Source of the DNA: the human T2T-CHM13v2.0 reference genome, Homo sapiens
Assembly (NCBI RefSeq): GCF_009914755.1
Contig: NC_060926.1
Reading direction: 5' to 3' (one strand)
DNA: 64,000 nt
Shown in pieces: positions 40,370 through 55,813 of this stretch; within the stretch, counting starts at the first letter, position 1; each line of letters starts with the position of its first letter. The notes below the pieces were generated by a model. The model had not been told where the DNA came from and did not search any database. It saw only the letters and a program-made list of their open reading frames with translations. The translations under genes were made by a program, and so were the position numbers.

Positions 40370-43300
40370 AAAAATAGAGATACGGTTTTAGAAAGCACAG
40401 TAGGGATAAAGAAATACAGATCCAGAGAATTGCCTCTTAAAAGTCTGTTACCTTCTGTGACTCTACTTCAAACTAACAACAACATTAATTTATAAATGTA
40501 AATATTTTTCTATAACACAATCTCTGGAGGGCAAAATTTATTTTCCTGCTTCAGTATATTTAGTCATACAAAAAGCAGTCATCACAGAACTGGTCTTAGA
40601 CAAGAACTCCCCTGGCCAGTAGAGAAAGGCAGTGCTCCTCTCCCCCTGTATCTATCCACAGTCACAGAATCACAATAGATGCTAGGAAGCCTTTTGAAAC
40701 AAGAGTTAATGCTGTACACAATGGCTTTTGAGAGCTGCATAGCAGCCCCAAGAGGCCCTGATAAAAGAGAGATTGAAGGAGGAGCAATGGGAATGTCTGA
40801 AAGAGAATCCTCCAGGAAGAAAGACGAAATCGCAGCGGGAACTAAACTCTTCAACAACCCAAGTAGTAGAGGATAATATTAATAGACACTTCTAGGATAG
40901 CTTAGGCAGGGGCTTGTTCCACTTCAGGCATCCTAGAGTACCTGTGCATTGTGGCAGGCAGGGGCTCTGTGCAGTGAGAGATGGTCTCACTAAACCCTGA
41001 AGTGATTGTGAGCTCAGCTAACTTTGCGATGGCATTTCCCCTTCTTACTCCCTAGTGAGGGGAGCACAGAAGAGTGCTCTCCTTCTTACCTCACTGGATT
41101 CCTGAGGCTGCACACCGACCATGCAGCTCCAAAAGCATCAACACAACAGCTCTGGCAACAGAAGCAAATGCCAGCTTAGACCCCATGGCTCTGTTGGGCT
41201 TGGATGGAACAAAGTGTCCAAGTGGACTTCCATGGCAATTAGTAAGGGCAAAGCTCGTTTTTGGACTTGTGTTACCACCTATGTTTACTCCAAGAAGTGC
41301 TTGAGGAGGGTTCTCTGCAAAGACTAAACTTCCCACAGCTAGACAGGTGGAAGTTGGAAGCCACCTGTATTCTGGCATTTCTGTGCATTTATACTCACCA
41401 GGCAATAAAACCAGAGACACAAGAATGGAGTAACAAAAGTCCTAAGAAAACTGCCTGATAGATTCCATGTTATTTTTAGTGACTCCACCTGGAATCAACA
41501 AAGGGGCAAGAATGTATTCAGAAATGCTCAAATGTGTAAAAAGCCCTTTTAAACTTACTGATGCCTAATTTATACTCCAAAGGCCAATTGTTGCTTAGGT
41601 TTTGGCCTCATGCTTAGCATTGTGTGTGAGTTTACATTTTGTAAACAAGCTGCAACTTATCATAGCATTTTTTTGTTACTGAAAAGTTTAGTGCCAAATG
41701 GCTTGGCATTATTTTATTCATTAAGCTTCCTTTTTCCATTTGAAGTCTGAGTATATGCAGGGATAGAGTTACTATTGTTGCCATAATCTTTTATTCAAAT
41801 AATCAGATAAATATTTCAAATGATACAGAGTGATAAAAGAAGCACTTCATTACCTTCACGCTGAAGATTCTCACAGTGATAAAAGGAAGAGGAAAAAATT
41901 GTGAAACGTGCTGCTGTTGAAAATCTAACACAACTCAAATGATTGGGCAGCTCTATAGCAAAGAGCCATTCTCGCCCCTTATTATAGAAATGGTCATTAA
42001 TGTTTAATACCTGCTGGAAGAGAGAGTGGCTTTGTGAGCTGTGGGCTGGGAGATTGGTACTGTCTTCTTTCCTGATATTTACGAAGCTTCGGGGCTGAAG
42101 TGACATTTCCATTCCACTTGCTGCCGTTCTCTCTACAGCTGATTCCTTCAAGGCAGAGGAACAGGTTGCTTTTCCCATCTGCACCAAACCTCTGATCTCC
42201 AGGCTTGGCAAATTAGTTTTCAGACAAATAAAAAATATTTTGACAGTAAATCCTTGTTTATAATATCTCCCTGGGGAGGGAGTAATCAGTGTAGAATATC
42301 AGGCAGGCCATCAGTTTAACCACAATTTGAGTATTCAATCTGGTCGAACATAATTTCCTGCTTTGTTGTTGAATATTTTCTATTTTTCTGTCTTTTGTTA
42401 TTTTCTTCAAAATCCCACTGCCCAAATAATAATAATATTGTAGAGGGTTAATTGTCATAAGGTAATCATAACCATTGGAAAAAATATGGTTTTGGCTTGT
42501 TCTCACCTATATAAGAAAATGAGTTTGAATTTATAAACTAACAGTGTTATTCTTTGCAGTACTATAAAAACATGCAATCTCTATATATTTGGATGACTGT
42601 ATCTTTGTGATTGTTATATAAATATGTATACAATATTGCACAAATACAAAAATTAGACCTCTTCATTTCTATTAAAAAAATGAATTACTAGCATATGACT
42701 AAAGAATTATGTAGAATCATCCTAAACCAACTGAAGTATTCATATAATTTTTAAAAGAGGGCTTGTAGTAATGTTGACTTAGCTCTGACTATAATTAAAC
42801 AAGCTAAACCAATAAACTGTTCCCAATGCACTAGAAGCTTTTTTACATTTTGGAGACTTTTGCTTTCAGAATTCTGGAGGGCAGATAATGGCTGCTATAA
42901 AAGATACTACTTGCACAGAGATTCACAGCAGACAGGAGTTTATGTACCAGTGAGCAAAAAAATAGGCAATAAAAAAGGGGAAAAGATGCCAATAAATCAA
43001 TCAATGAAATAAATGGCATTACTGAGAAGAGGAAGTATAGTATTCTCCTCACGCCCCCACCCGAGCCCCAATCACACTTTTCCCTTAAAGCAATACTGAA
43101 GGCATGAACTGCAGATTTCTTTAAAAAAAAAAAAAATAAACGAAAAGAAAGAAAAAAAGAAATCCAGGGAATTCTAGAACTAGCAGAGAGTATATCCTGG
43201 ATGGTGGAGTTGCTGAGAAGAATTTATATTGCTGCCTACAACTGAAATCAGGGAAGGAGACAGGGAACTTTCCTACAAGCCACTGTTGTCAGTGAGAGGA

Positions 43301-43669
43301 CTATCCAGAAATTGGATTCGGTGTGCAGTTGGAAATATTGGCCTCTTATAAACATACTGACCTATAAAAATATGTTAATTAAAAATGTTAAAAATTTATA
43401 TTTAGGTAGTCTGTGATTTAAAGGTTTTTTTTTTCTTTTCAACAAAAACAAACAAAATCTTTCCCATGTTTTAAATTTCCCATTGAGTGCTTGGGGAGAA
43501 AATAAATCATCAAAAACCAATCCATTAAAGTAATTACCCAAAGAATTCCTTGAGAAAACAATAGCAGCAGCAACGAAGAAGAATTGACATAGGTAATATT
43601 AGAAAAAGGGATATTTTTAAGCTACCTATTAGTAACAATGCATATAGGATGGAATAAATAGAATAGAAT

Positions 43670-44286
43670 TGAAGGGTAGCAGAATATGCCATCCCAAAAT
43701 AGGCGATTTATTTGGCATAAGAATTATTTATAGCCAAAGGTAAGACACAGAAACAAGAAAGGAAGAAACAGATACAAGAAAAGCTCTCTGCTCTCCCCCA
43801 TCTGCCTACAGGCAGGGCATAAATTTGCAAAGGTACCTTTCCCCTCTCTTCCAGGAAGAACAGAAGTTAACATATGTGAGACCATGTCTAGACCCTCACC
43901 AGCCCTGATACCACACCAGAAAAGTCTATATCACAAACTTCACTAACTAGCCTTATCTACCATTATCCCCATATATCCCTATATATATGCCATCCCATGA
44001 TTTATGTCCTAGAAGCTCAAAGTTCTTTTCCTTATTTTTGTCACTTCCCTACAATTTTATCATTTTTAAAGATGATATATCAGCTCAAATTCTCACCACC
44101 CCTTCGAATTACTCATCATAGAATACTCCCGTGTGTGTGCACTATGCACGTTAATAAGTTTCTGTTTGTTCTTCGCTTGCTAATCTGTCTTTTCTCAGTC
44201 TAATTTACAGGGTCCCAGCCAACGAATCTTAAGTGAGCAGCAGAAAAAAATGTATAAAATAAAACTGAATTTTTTTCTCCCCTTCA
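43670..44286 (+). mobile_element. MER34-family (ERV1) solo LTR with 4-bp TSD
   Basis: Terminal IR TGAAGGG...CCCTTCA; AGAATATGCCA.CCCAAAATA..TTTGGCATAAG; GCTAATCTGTCTTT..CAGTCTAATTTACAGGG; TSD GAAT at 43666-43669 and 44287-44290. Confidence 0.88.
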
Positions 44287-44859
44287 GAATAAAAGGGCAT
44301 GAATGACAGAGCAGCCATTTTGGAGAATGGAGCTGGTGGAAACAGGAAAATAAAGGAAGGAATGCACATGGGAATCGATTCAGAAAACAAGTCCTCAGAC
44401 TCAGATTGCTGATTTCAAATGGAGGCCAAGATGAGAAGGCCAAAAATCTTCTAGGACTTTTGTATAATATTTACATGGCCCTTACGGCATGACCCTTATT
44501 TCTATAAGTCTTGTTGGAAAGTAATATTTCTGCAGAGGTCCTACAGAGGTAGCTACAGAGGTAGCTATATGGGTATATATAAGACAACATATTATTAAAT
44601 AGTGACATAAAAGACAGCATATTAGATGTCCCTTTTTCCAAGTGTCTGGGTAGCTTGCATATATTTATAACTGAAAGCAACTTTTCTTGGCTAAATGAGA
44701 TGGATAGTGAAAAACTTAGTACTTTTAGGTCATTAAAATAACCCTAGTGAGCCCTCTGATTAGAAGTTTGCTAGAATTGAGGTTGATTCTCTTTTTAGGG
44801 CTTAGCTTTATTTTATTTCTCTGAAAATAACCAATAAACATATATGAAGCAACATAAGT

Positions 44860-45320
44860 AAAGGTTATTTATCAAAAATACTGTATGTAATAGTAAAAAA
44901 TTGGAAATAAACCAACTTCCCATCAATAGAGAGCTGGTTAAATTACCATATGTCTATAATGTGAAATTCTATGCAGATGTAAGAAAGAATGACAAAGCTC
45001 TTGATGTACTGATAAAGAAAGATCTCCAAGATATATCCTTAAGCAAAAATAGCAAAATAGAGAACAATCCATAATATGCTACATGTTGTGTGAGAAAGAG
45101 AGAAAACAACAATATAAGCATGCATTTACATGGTTGTGCCTAAAGGAATTCTGGAAAGATACTCATAATTAATAATAGCATTACCCACTGGTACAGAGGA
45201 AAATGGGGCTGATGAGCTGATGAAGGTAAAGGTGGGAGCAAAACTTTTTACTGCATACCATTTTGTATTGCATATTTAATCATGCAAGAGTATTCCCTAT
45301 TCAAACATTTAAAATAAATG
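44860..45320 (+). mobile_element. L1ME 3' fragment
   Basis: GTAATAGTAAAAAATTGGAAA.AA.C...CCATCAATAG; GAAAGATCTCCAAGATATA. Confidence 0.65.
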
Positions 45321-45986
45321 AGATAAAAATCTGATATAAGCTTCAATACACAAAGACTGTGTTTTAAATTTTTGTTGTTGCTGCTTCATTGTTGCTTTAT
45401 ATCTAAGAATATAACTATTTAGTTATCGCTTCCAGCCCTCTTCTTGGTAAGATGTACTGCTTTCAAATGGCCATTCACATTTTGGGGGTAGACACAGAAA
45501 GTTTTTTCCATAAACTAATGACTGTTTCAACTAGTGAAAGCGTTCTGACCTTAGTAATAACCTTGCTTGCAACAGAAAAAATTGGCCATGGTGAGGCCCA
45601 ACTGTAACTCCATTCAGTCATTTCAGGGGGTGTACTGGGAAGATCCTCTTTGCTCTTGAGTAGCAGCTTAGAGCACAGGTGGCTCCCTCTTTCAAGGGAA
45701 ACCCTCAAAGCAACTTTGTGAGTGTTACATGTTTCATTTGTTGTTATGTGTGATACATATTGCTTATGGAAAGGGGTGCATATATTTATGGTGACTTATT
45801 TGTCATAGGTTTCTTCATTTTATTTTTTTAATGGAGAAAAAATAAAAAGTCCAGTGATTGATCAGCTAGTGTTATAGTAGCATTTTAGACCCTTGGTGGG
45901 AATTTGGTCAAAGTCTTTTACAATATCACTTTATGATCTCTGGTGCCTTCTCCCCAACTTTTCTCCTTAGAGATCTTTGTTCATAC

Positions 45987-46120
<134 letters not shown>

Positions 46121-46394
46121 TAAACAGAAATTATCTTGAAAAGTGCAAATTCTTCACTTATCCTTAAAGAAATAATTAGAATCGTATTACTAGGATAGTA
46201 ATCTTCCACAGTGTTTATTTGGCATCCATCTACAAAAGAGGCCTATTGAGTGGCCTCTTTCCTTTGTCAACATTGAACTAGCTGGCAACTTTCAGGACCT
46301 TATTATTTACATTGCATGGGCTGGTTTCAAGGCTATTTCAGATGTATGGTGTAAGAAAACAAAGTGGAACTTATGGTATGCTATGTAAGGCAAT

Positions 46395-47200
46395 TAGTTT
46401 GCTTTGGTTGCAAGTAACAGAAAACCCAGCTAAATTGGTTTAAGTAATAAAGCAAGTATATGGATTTACTTAAATACAGATTACAACTGTAGTGTATGTA
46501 GGTTTGTGACATCATCATCAGAGTTCCGTCTGTCTTTGTGTATAATTTGACTCTGCTTTCTTCTTACATCAGCTTTGTTTTATTTGGCTGACTTCATGCG
46601 GCAAGAATGGCAGCAGCAATTTCCAGCATCATGTCCAACACCTTACCATTTGGGCTAAGTTGTGCTGCAGAAAAACAACTCCCACATCTCAATGGCTTAT
46701 CCCAATGAAAAAAATAATTTCAATTCACTGTACATTTCCATTGCAGGTCAACTCTGGCTCTGTTTCACACAGTCTTTTTCCAGGACTCAAGCTAATGGAG
46801 AATCCCCTACCTGAGTCATTGCTAGTGTTATGGCTTAGGAGAAAGATGAACATGGATGGAGGTAATACATGACGGTTCTTAAAACTCCTACTCACATGTG
46901 GCATACCTCACTTCCTTATACATGTCATTGACCAAAGTAAGTCACACAGACAAGTCTGAAATCAACTGGATTAGGAAATACAATCCTACACTATTCAAAT
47001 GAGCAGGAAGCACTTTTGCCCTAGCATTCCAAAGTAAGTCTTAATATTCATACTGATCGGATTGACTAAATTTCCATGCTAAATTGTTAAATTATTTACT
47101 GTGGCCAGAGGAACAGAAGGCTCTGATTGATTTAGCCTGAATCACATTATTCACCTTTGATACTGGGATTAAATTTAGCTTCTTTGTTCCCACAAGGATC
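46395..47200 (-). mobile_element. Old MLT1 (J/K-like) LTR interrupted by an LTR33-like element (~46645-46990)
   Basis: CTTTGGTTGCAAGTAACAGAAAACCCA and ACTGTGGCCAG (MLT1); GCTAAGTTGTGCTGCAG.AAAACAAC..TCTCAATGGCTTA and CATTGACCAAAGTAAGTCACA (LTR33). Confidence 0.6.
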
Positions 47201-47911
47201 CCCCAAAGAAAACTGAAGGTCTTTGGGGCAAGACAGACAAAACGGTTGCTGAGAATAAAACACAACATCTAGTATAATGTACACTATGTTTAACAATGTT
47301 AACACCAAAATTTTTGAGAGGCAAACTAATGATTGTTAAAAATTTAAACAAAGGAGAATTATACCATGCCACCTCTCCAAATTTGAAGCTATTAAAAAAC
47401 TGCATGCTTTCTTTTAGCAACAACAACATCAAAATTCAAATACCTTAAATGGTGCTTCAGCTGCTCCTTCTTAACCTAAGAACTGTGTTTTGCTGTTGAT
47501 AATGACATTCTGTCAAAGGGAAGATACAAAACTCACCTCACATTCTCTTTAAAACTGAAATTGGGGACAAGTAAGTGGAGGAATTGAGGACTTATTTATC
47601 ATTGATAACACATACTTATAAAAAATGGAAATATGTAAACTGTTAACATATTCTTATATATGATTCACTATGCAACGTCTCCTAGAGAGTATCATATGTC
47701 AATTATATTATGTATATGATTTGGTCTTAAGCAAAGCCTATTCATCTGCAATTAATATTTTATAGTTAGTGCTTAAAGATTGTTAAATAAAGTGTAGAAC
47801 CTTAAGGCTTCAGAATGATTCATCAGTTAATTATACACAGATGTTTAACCTTGCCAAGGAGTTGGGCTGATGCGATTTTATCTTAGTTGCTATTTTTAAA
47901 TTGACCCATAT

Positions 47912-47975
47912 AGTGTGTGCGTGTATGTGTGCATACACATACACACACACACATACGCATACATACACATAGATA
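47912..47975. repeat. (TG)n followed by (CA)n, self-complementary microsatellite
   Basis: Seen directly. Confidence 0.85.
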
Positions 47976-49224
47976 TATATGAATCAATGGTTCTTATATT
48001 CTCTTTGTGACAGATGAAGCGATTCAGCCCCGACACCAACTCAAGTCAAGGTACGAATAGGCGTCAAAGTCCAAGGAGAAATAATTAAAGATTCATTCAC
48101 TCTATGATCTGTAATCCTGGTTGTATAAAACTTAGTCTACCCATCCCCCACCTAGCTGAGTATTCCCAAAGAGAAGTCCTATTTAGGACTAGGTATGGTA
48201 GGTTAAAATGTGAATATCAAAGCAAATGAATTGCAATGTCAGTTATATAACAAGGGCCCTGTCACCTTGAGAGCTTCTCTTCCCACGTGAACATGAAGCA
48301 GAGAAATCAGCAGCTTTGGTAGCTGTGGCAACCACACCGCCAAGCCTGAAGAGCAAATGTTCCCTGTGCAGGTTTTGTGCCCCTCTGGCGCTTTGTAGAT
48401 TCTGCTAATGTTAAAGCCTCCAGATTCTCCACTTGCTGAATTCATCCAGCAGGGAAAATTAGAGCTGTGATCAGGAAACAAAAGGAGGCTTGCTTTGTGT
48501 ATGACAAAAGTAGGAAAACACCCTTCAGTTAAAGCAGAAATGCTCTCAATGGCCATCTACAACAGCATCATAAATAGTAGCAAATATTTATCATGCACAT
48601 TGTTTGTTTAAATTCTAAGAATACAGGGCCAGTTTACTAAGGTTAACCAACCACTGCATTAGTAGCTCCCAAAGCTTGCAAATTTAGGATAAATATCAAA
48701 ACATCTATATGTTATATAGAACCAGAATTGTAGGCCGTGGCAAAGAGTATTTATTGGACATGTGTTGAATATTATAATCAAGGAGCCTAGCATCAAATTC
48801 CAAATAAACCTATAGTAATTGTTTTGTTCAACAGAACATTGTGTTTATAAACAGTTTTGCATTTATTTTTATCTTTTATATATTTTTAAATTTTTTTATC
48901 TTTTCTACCTATTTCTAGAAAAATAATAAAGAGTATAAGACAAAGTAAAAAGGAAATACTTTTCCTGCCTTATGGGTGCATCTAGATTTGCCAAAAATTT
49001 AGTTTACTTACCTCACTACAGCTCAGGAAAGCAAAAAAGGCACTTGCCTCAGTCCCTATGACACATGCATGTACATGAGGCTTCCATTTCCATGTAGCTG
49101 CAGCTTCTCTTCTTCTCTACTGCCAGAATCCCTAGGGAAAGCAGTGACATGAAAGTCTTAAAATTATATTTCCCAGTTTCCCTTGCAGAAAATGGTGGCC
49201 CCACATTGGGCAGCTCTTAAAAAT

Positions 49225-50445
49225 ACAAGGAAACATATGAAGAAACCTAGATGATCTTGGGGATGGTGATGACTTTTTAGACATCACATGAAAGAAAGAA
49301 TTGATGAGTTGGACTTTATTAAAATTAAAAACGTTCTGCTCTGTGAAAGACAATGTCAAGAGAATGAGAAGGCAAGCCACATATTGGGAGAAAATATTTG
49401 GAAAAGACACCTAATAAAAGACTACTATCCAAAATACACAAAGAAGTCTTAAGATACAATAAATTACCTGATGAGAAAATGAACTAAAGACCTTAACAAA
49501 CACCTCACTCAAGAAGACATACAGACGACAAAATAAGCATATGAAAAGATGCTCCACATCATATGTTATCAGGGAAAGGCAAATTAAAACAATGATGATA
49601 TACTACTACATGCCTATTGGAATGGCCAAAATCTGGAACACTGATAACACCAAATGCTGGTAAAGACACGGAGCAACAGAAATTCCATTTCTGGTAGAAT
49701 ACAAAATGGTATAGCCACATTGGAAGACAGTTTGGCAGTTTCTTACAAAACTAAACATATTCACCATATAATCTAGCAATCATATTCCTTGGTATTTATC
49801 AAATGGAGTTGAAAACTGAAGTCTACACAAAAACCTGCACTCTGATGTTTATTTATAATTGCTAAAACTTGAAAGCAACTAAGATAATCTTAGGTTTTAC
49901 ATAAGTAGATAAATCAATAAATAAACTGTGGCATATCCAGACAATGGAGTATTATTCTGTGCTAAAAAGAAATGAGATATCAAGCTATAAAAAGATATGT
50001 AGGAATCTTAAATGTTTATTATTAAGTGAAAGCAATCTGAAAAGGCTGTATAATTATAACCATATGACATCTTTGAAGAAGCAAAACTATGGAGACAGTA
50101 AAAAGATCAGTGTTGCTAGGGGTTGCGGGGAGGGTGGGATGAATATGTAGAGCATAGAAGGTTTTCAGGAGAGTAAAAATACTCCTTATGATATTATAAT
50201 GGTGGATCTATGTCAGTATACATTTGTCTAAACCCATAGAATGTACACCACGAAGACTGAGCCCTAATGTAAACTATGGACTTTGGGTGATAATGATAGT
50301 TAATGTAGGTCATCAATTGTCACAAACGTACCCCTGTGGTGGGGATGTTGCTAATGAGGGAGGCCATATGTGGGGACAGGGGATATATAGGAAATCTCTG
50401 TACCTCCCTCCTCAACCTAAGACTGCCCTAGGAAAAATTTTCTAA
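49225..50445 (+). mobile_element. L1MC (MC1/2-like) 3' portion
   Basis: AAACCTAGATGA.CTTGGG..TGG.GATGACTTTTTAGA; TGGAAGACAGTTTGGCAGTTTCTTACAAAACTAAACATA; CCCTAATGTAAACTATGGACTTTGGGTGATAATGAT. Confidence 0.9.
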
Positions 50446-50980
50446 TTAATTTTTTAAAAGTAAGCTGACCGTTTATGGCCTTCCTTTTTCTTCCTGGAAC
50501 TATAGCAGCACCTTATATCATGAAGTAGAGAACCAGACCACATGGAGGGCAGAATGAAGAGCCACAAGGAGCCACTGGTGGCGCTTGTGCTCTCCCTACT
50601 TCCTGTCATCTCCTTACATGGGAAAAAAATACAAGTAATGTTCAGGTCACTATATTCACACATCTTACAAGTGACCAAATGAACAAAATAACCAGAGGAA
50701 GTTAAAAGAGTCACCGCTTTTAGAATTGAGATGGGAAGGGCTATAGAATGATTTAATTATTAAAGAAGAATTCATGAAGGAGACATGAATAGGCTAGGAC
50801 TTGAACAGAGTAGGATTTACCTTAACAGAAAGTAAGACGATAAAGATGAAGGTGCTGAAAGGACACTAAAACTCAGGGGAAGAATATAAGCAATGGAGGA
50901 AGTGCAGGTGTCAGGATGCAATGTAAACAGAGTTGGTGAAACCAGTGATTTTAGAGGAATGCTGCCAGGGAGATAACTTA

Positions 50981-51570
<590 letters not shown>

Positions 51571-51765
51571 CTATGCCTTGACAGAAAGGTGGGAAGAATT
51601 TGGGAAGATTCTGTGAGGCAGATCAAGAGGTACTAACAGAAAAAATTCTAGTATATATTACAAGGTTACTATAAGCCTGAACATTCCAGAGGGCTTTTGA
51701 GTACTACTGCCACAGAGGTTCTCCCATGACCATTGAGCAGTTAGTTGGGTAATAAGTCACATAGT

Positions 51766-52060
51766 GGCCGGGTGTGGTGGCTCATGCCTGTAATCCCAGC
51801 ACTTTGGGAGGCTGAGGCAGGTGGATCACTAGGTCAGGAGTTCGAGACCAGCCTGGCCAACATGGTGAAACCCCATCTCTACTAAAAACACAAAAATTAG
51901 CCGGGCGTGGTGGTGTGCACCTGTAATCCCAGCTACTCAAGAGGCTGAGGCAGAAGAATCACTTGAACCCAGGAGGCGGAGGTTGCACTGAGCCGAGATC
52001 GTGCCACTGCACTCCAGCCTGGGCGACAAGAGTGAGACTCCATCTCTAAATAAATAAATA
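51766..52060 (+). mobile_element. AluS (Sg-like)
   Basis: Full dimer, (TAAA)n tail; TSD AATAAGTCA(CA/TG)TAG. Confidence 0.95.
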
Positions 52061-52974
52061 AATAAGTCATGTAGCTACATATCCATTCCACCTGGTCCAC
52101 TCCTCAGCATCATTGCCTGGGTCTGGGAAAAGACAGAAGGGTACTCTTAGAGTGCCCTGTGGAAGGTGGCCTGCTCTTACTGGGCCTACCTAAAGAAAGG
52201 AGTAGAACAGGAAGTCAGCACTATTGTTATAATAAACAGTGTTTAATCTAAGGGAACAAGCAAACAAACAAACAAGAAAACTAATGTGAAAAAGAGTTAA
52301 CAATAATAAAAAATTATGTCAAACATTCAATAGTTTTACCACTGCATAGATACTATATAAATGTTGAGGTGCCTAAAAAATTTAGAGTAATCTTAGGGCC
52401 TTCTGTCTTTCTATATAATAGAATTATAATTATTTGCAACATTTATTATCAACAGAATAGATATTAGTTAAATGAAGTAGAAAGAGAAATGATTTCCATA
52501 AATATGTTCCAGCCATTAAGAGTTTGCAAGCCAAAAATCTAAAACTTTAAGGTTGGACAAATATGGCTAAAAGAAATCCCAGATTCACCTCTACATACTA
52601 GTACAGAGAAGATGATCATTAAGCATTATTAAAGTAAAGAAGATTTAAAATAAGTTATTAAATTAACTCTTCTTTTTCTTTAATTTTCACAGAAATTCCC
52701 ACTCTCTTTTGAAACTCATTTTTGTCTTTTTAAAACTCTTCTCCAAATCACATTTTCTAGTTAAACTTTACTAGAGCAGGTAGCAGGGTAAGTTCTAGTT
52801 TGATAAGCAATATTTTCCATGAATAGCTACAGTACAGATCATCTGCCTATCTGAAACTAATGTTCACTATATAAGAGGCAGCATTTAGGCAAGTAATATC
52901 AACTTGTGACATAATAATTATATAATGTTTGATTCCCAAATAAAAATTTTATTAAATACAAAACATTATAAATT

Positions 52975-53263
<289 letters not shown>

Positions 53264-54309
53264 TTACGAATTAAGATATTATGAAGTACATGCAGAACCC
53301 AGGGGTTCTTTTTGTATGTGTATATATATACTTGGAGGGGGTGGTGTGTGTATACTATATATACATGCATATATATATATGGAAAATGATTCAGAAATTA
53401 GGAAACTGATTATTTTTATAACAGCAGAATTCACTGCATATTTGGAGATTCTTCAGTCTGGGTCAGATCTACGTAAGAGACCCAAAGTAAATCTATCCCT
53501 GTGTTTCTTTGCTTTCAATCTCTTCTCATGTTTCAGTCACTGAATGAATGACTAGTGAAACTCTTCTTCCAGATGGCCCATGTTGAGTGGGTCAAACCTA
53601 GAGCAGTCAAACATTAATTCCCCAGAGGCAATATGCAAATGAAAAAGCATATATGAAAAGCCAAAGCCACACCAAATAATCCCAGCAACATTCTTTTTTG
53701 ACTATGCCAAGCTAATTACCCTAAAAATATTTCACTCCTTCAAAATCTGAAAGTTATTAATGAATGAATATCAGGAATCTAAACAATGACTGTTAAACAT
53801 ATATATTTGTGATAACTCCCTATGTTCAAATGTAACATTGTAAAACATATAGACACACCCATCTGTTTTAAAGGAATAATTCTGAAGTAATCAAGAAGAA
53901 ATTTAAAATAAAAGTAAACATTAGGGAAACAAAAACATTATCCAAAGCAACATTGAAACTTTATTGACTATGCAGCTTATATTTTTAATTTTTAAAAATT
54001 TGTAACACATTCACGTAGTTCAACATTTTTTTAATTAAAATGCTAACAAAAACCTCTCATTCCTCCTCAAGTCCTATCTTTCATTTGCTCAGGTTCTCTG
54101 GCTGATTTCCATTTCTCTTCTCGTTCCAGTGAAATCCTGTGAGATCAATGTGCAAAATTGATCAAAGTCACAAAACAGATTTGTGTGTAAACAAACACAC
54201 ACATATATATAAATGCAATGCATGACATAGAGGACTTTTTAAATGGTGGGGGGGAAGATTGATTATGCAGTAAATATCATCCTGTCTAATAGCTATACAT
54301 CTGGGAGGA

Positions 54310-54950
54310 AGTTATTCCTATTTTATAGCATAGAAATGTGAATCAATGACTATATTCCAAGTAAATTACAGATATAAACCTTAAAACAATAAAATTACTA
54401 GCAGTAAGTATAGTATAATTTTTATATCACCCTGGGATTAGGAAGAATATTGAGAAAAAAGCTAAGAAACTAGAAAGAAAGTCTACCAAAACTGACTACT
54501 TAAAAGTTTAAATTGTCTATTCAGGAATAAACTCTACAACAGAAGTTAAATAGCAGGAACTACATAAATATATATATGTGTATGTACGTGTATATATAGA
54601 CACACATATATGTGTGTGTGTGTGTGTATATATGCATATATATGTGAGTGTGTGTATTTCCAACATATACAACAGACTAAGGTTTAATATTCAAAACATG
54701 TAATGAGTGCCTATTTCTATATTTATATAAGAGAAAGACAAAAAACTCAATAGAAATATGAGCACAAGTTATAAAAGAGCAATTCACAGAAGAAATACAG
54801 ATCGACAGTAAATATACCTTTTAAAATATTCAGCCTTACCAGGTATCAGGAAAATGTATATTAAATAACAAGATACAAATTATTTACTCTTCAGACTCGT
54901 AAACACTAATAAGATGGGATAACATCAATATAGAGTGTCTGTAATATAGT
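54310..54950 (+). mobile_element. L1ME ORF2/3' fragment with internal (TA/TG)n
   Basis: CAATTCACAGAAGAAATACA, AAAGACAAAAAACTCAATAGAAA.ATG.GCA. Confidence 0.6.
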
Positions 54951-55495
54951 AAGGAAATCTTCAGTTTTATATCTTGCAGGTATAAATAAATAATATATAC
55001 ATATATGTATTAAGATGGAGAAAATTTTATGTTCCAGAATTCCAAGAGGACTAAGAAGACAAGCCCAGCTGGCAAGGACCACCCCCACACCCACTGCTAC
55101 CTTACCCCACCTACCTCCACTGCCCAAGAGAAGCAGTTGGCTTGAGAGCCTGTACTACACTGTTAAAGTGGGTTCCAGATGATAAGGAGTATCAGGCTGA
55201 AGGTAGCTGGACGTTGGCAAGTAATAGAGCTGGAGAAGTGGAGCCAATGAGATGGCAGAAGACCAAGTGAGGAGTGAGAAGGAATGATATCATTTATTAT
55301 GACTTCTCCTTCCTTCAGAGACATTTTGAATTTGGCGTATGATTGGCTTTTTGGAGGAAAACACTGAAGGGGGAATGGAATATACTTTGCACACAGATAA
55401 AGCATAGTGAAGACATAAAGGGCTAATATGCGGGGAAGCCTTGAATTGCCACAGATACTAAAATTGGAATTTGGGTCAAGTTAATCCAGACTCCT

Positions 55496-55813
<318 letters not shown>

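Noticed and set aside
40582-41458. Cluster of overlapping ORFs suggesting a processed pseudogene
   Set aside because: No recognisable protein in any listed frame, and no polyA tail or TSD; left as unassigned unique sequence
48376-48392. CTCF-like GCGCCAGAGGGGCAC on the - strand
   Set aside because: It mismatches core positions and cannot be supported without ChIP data
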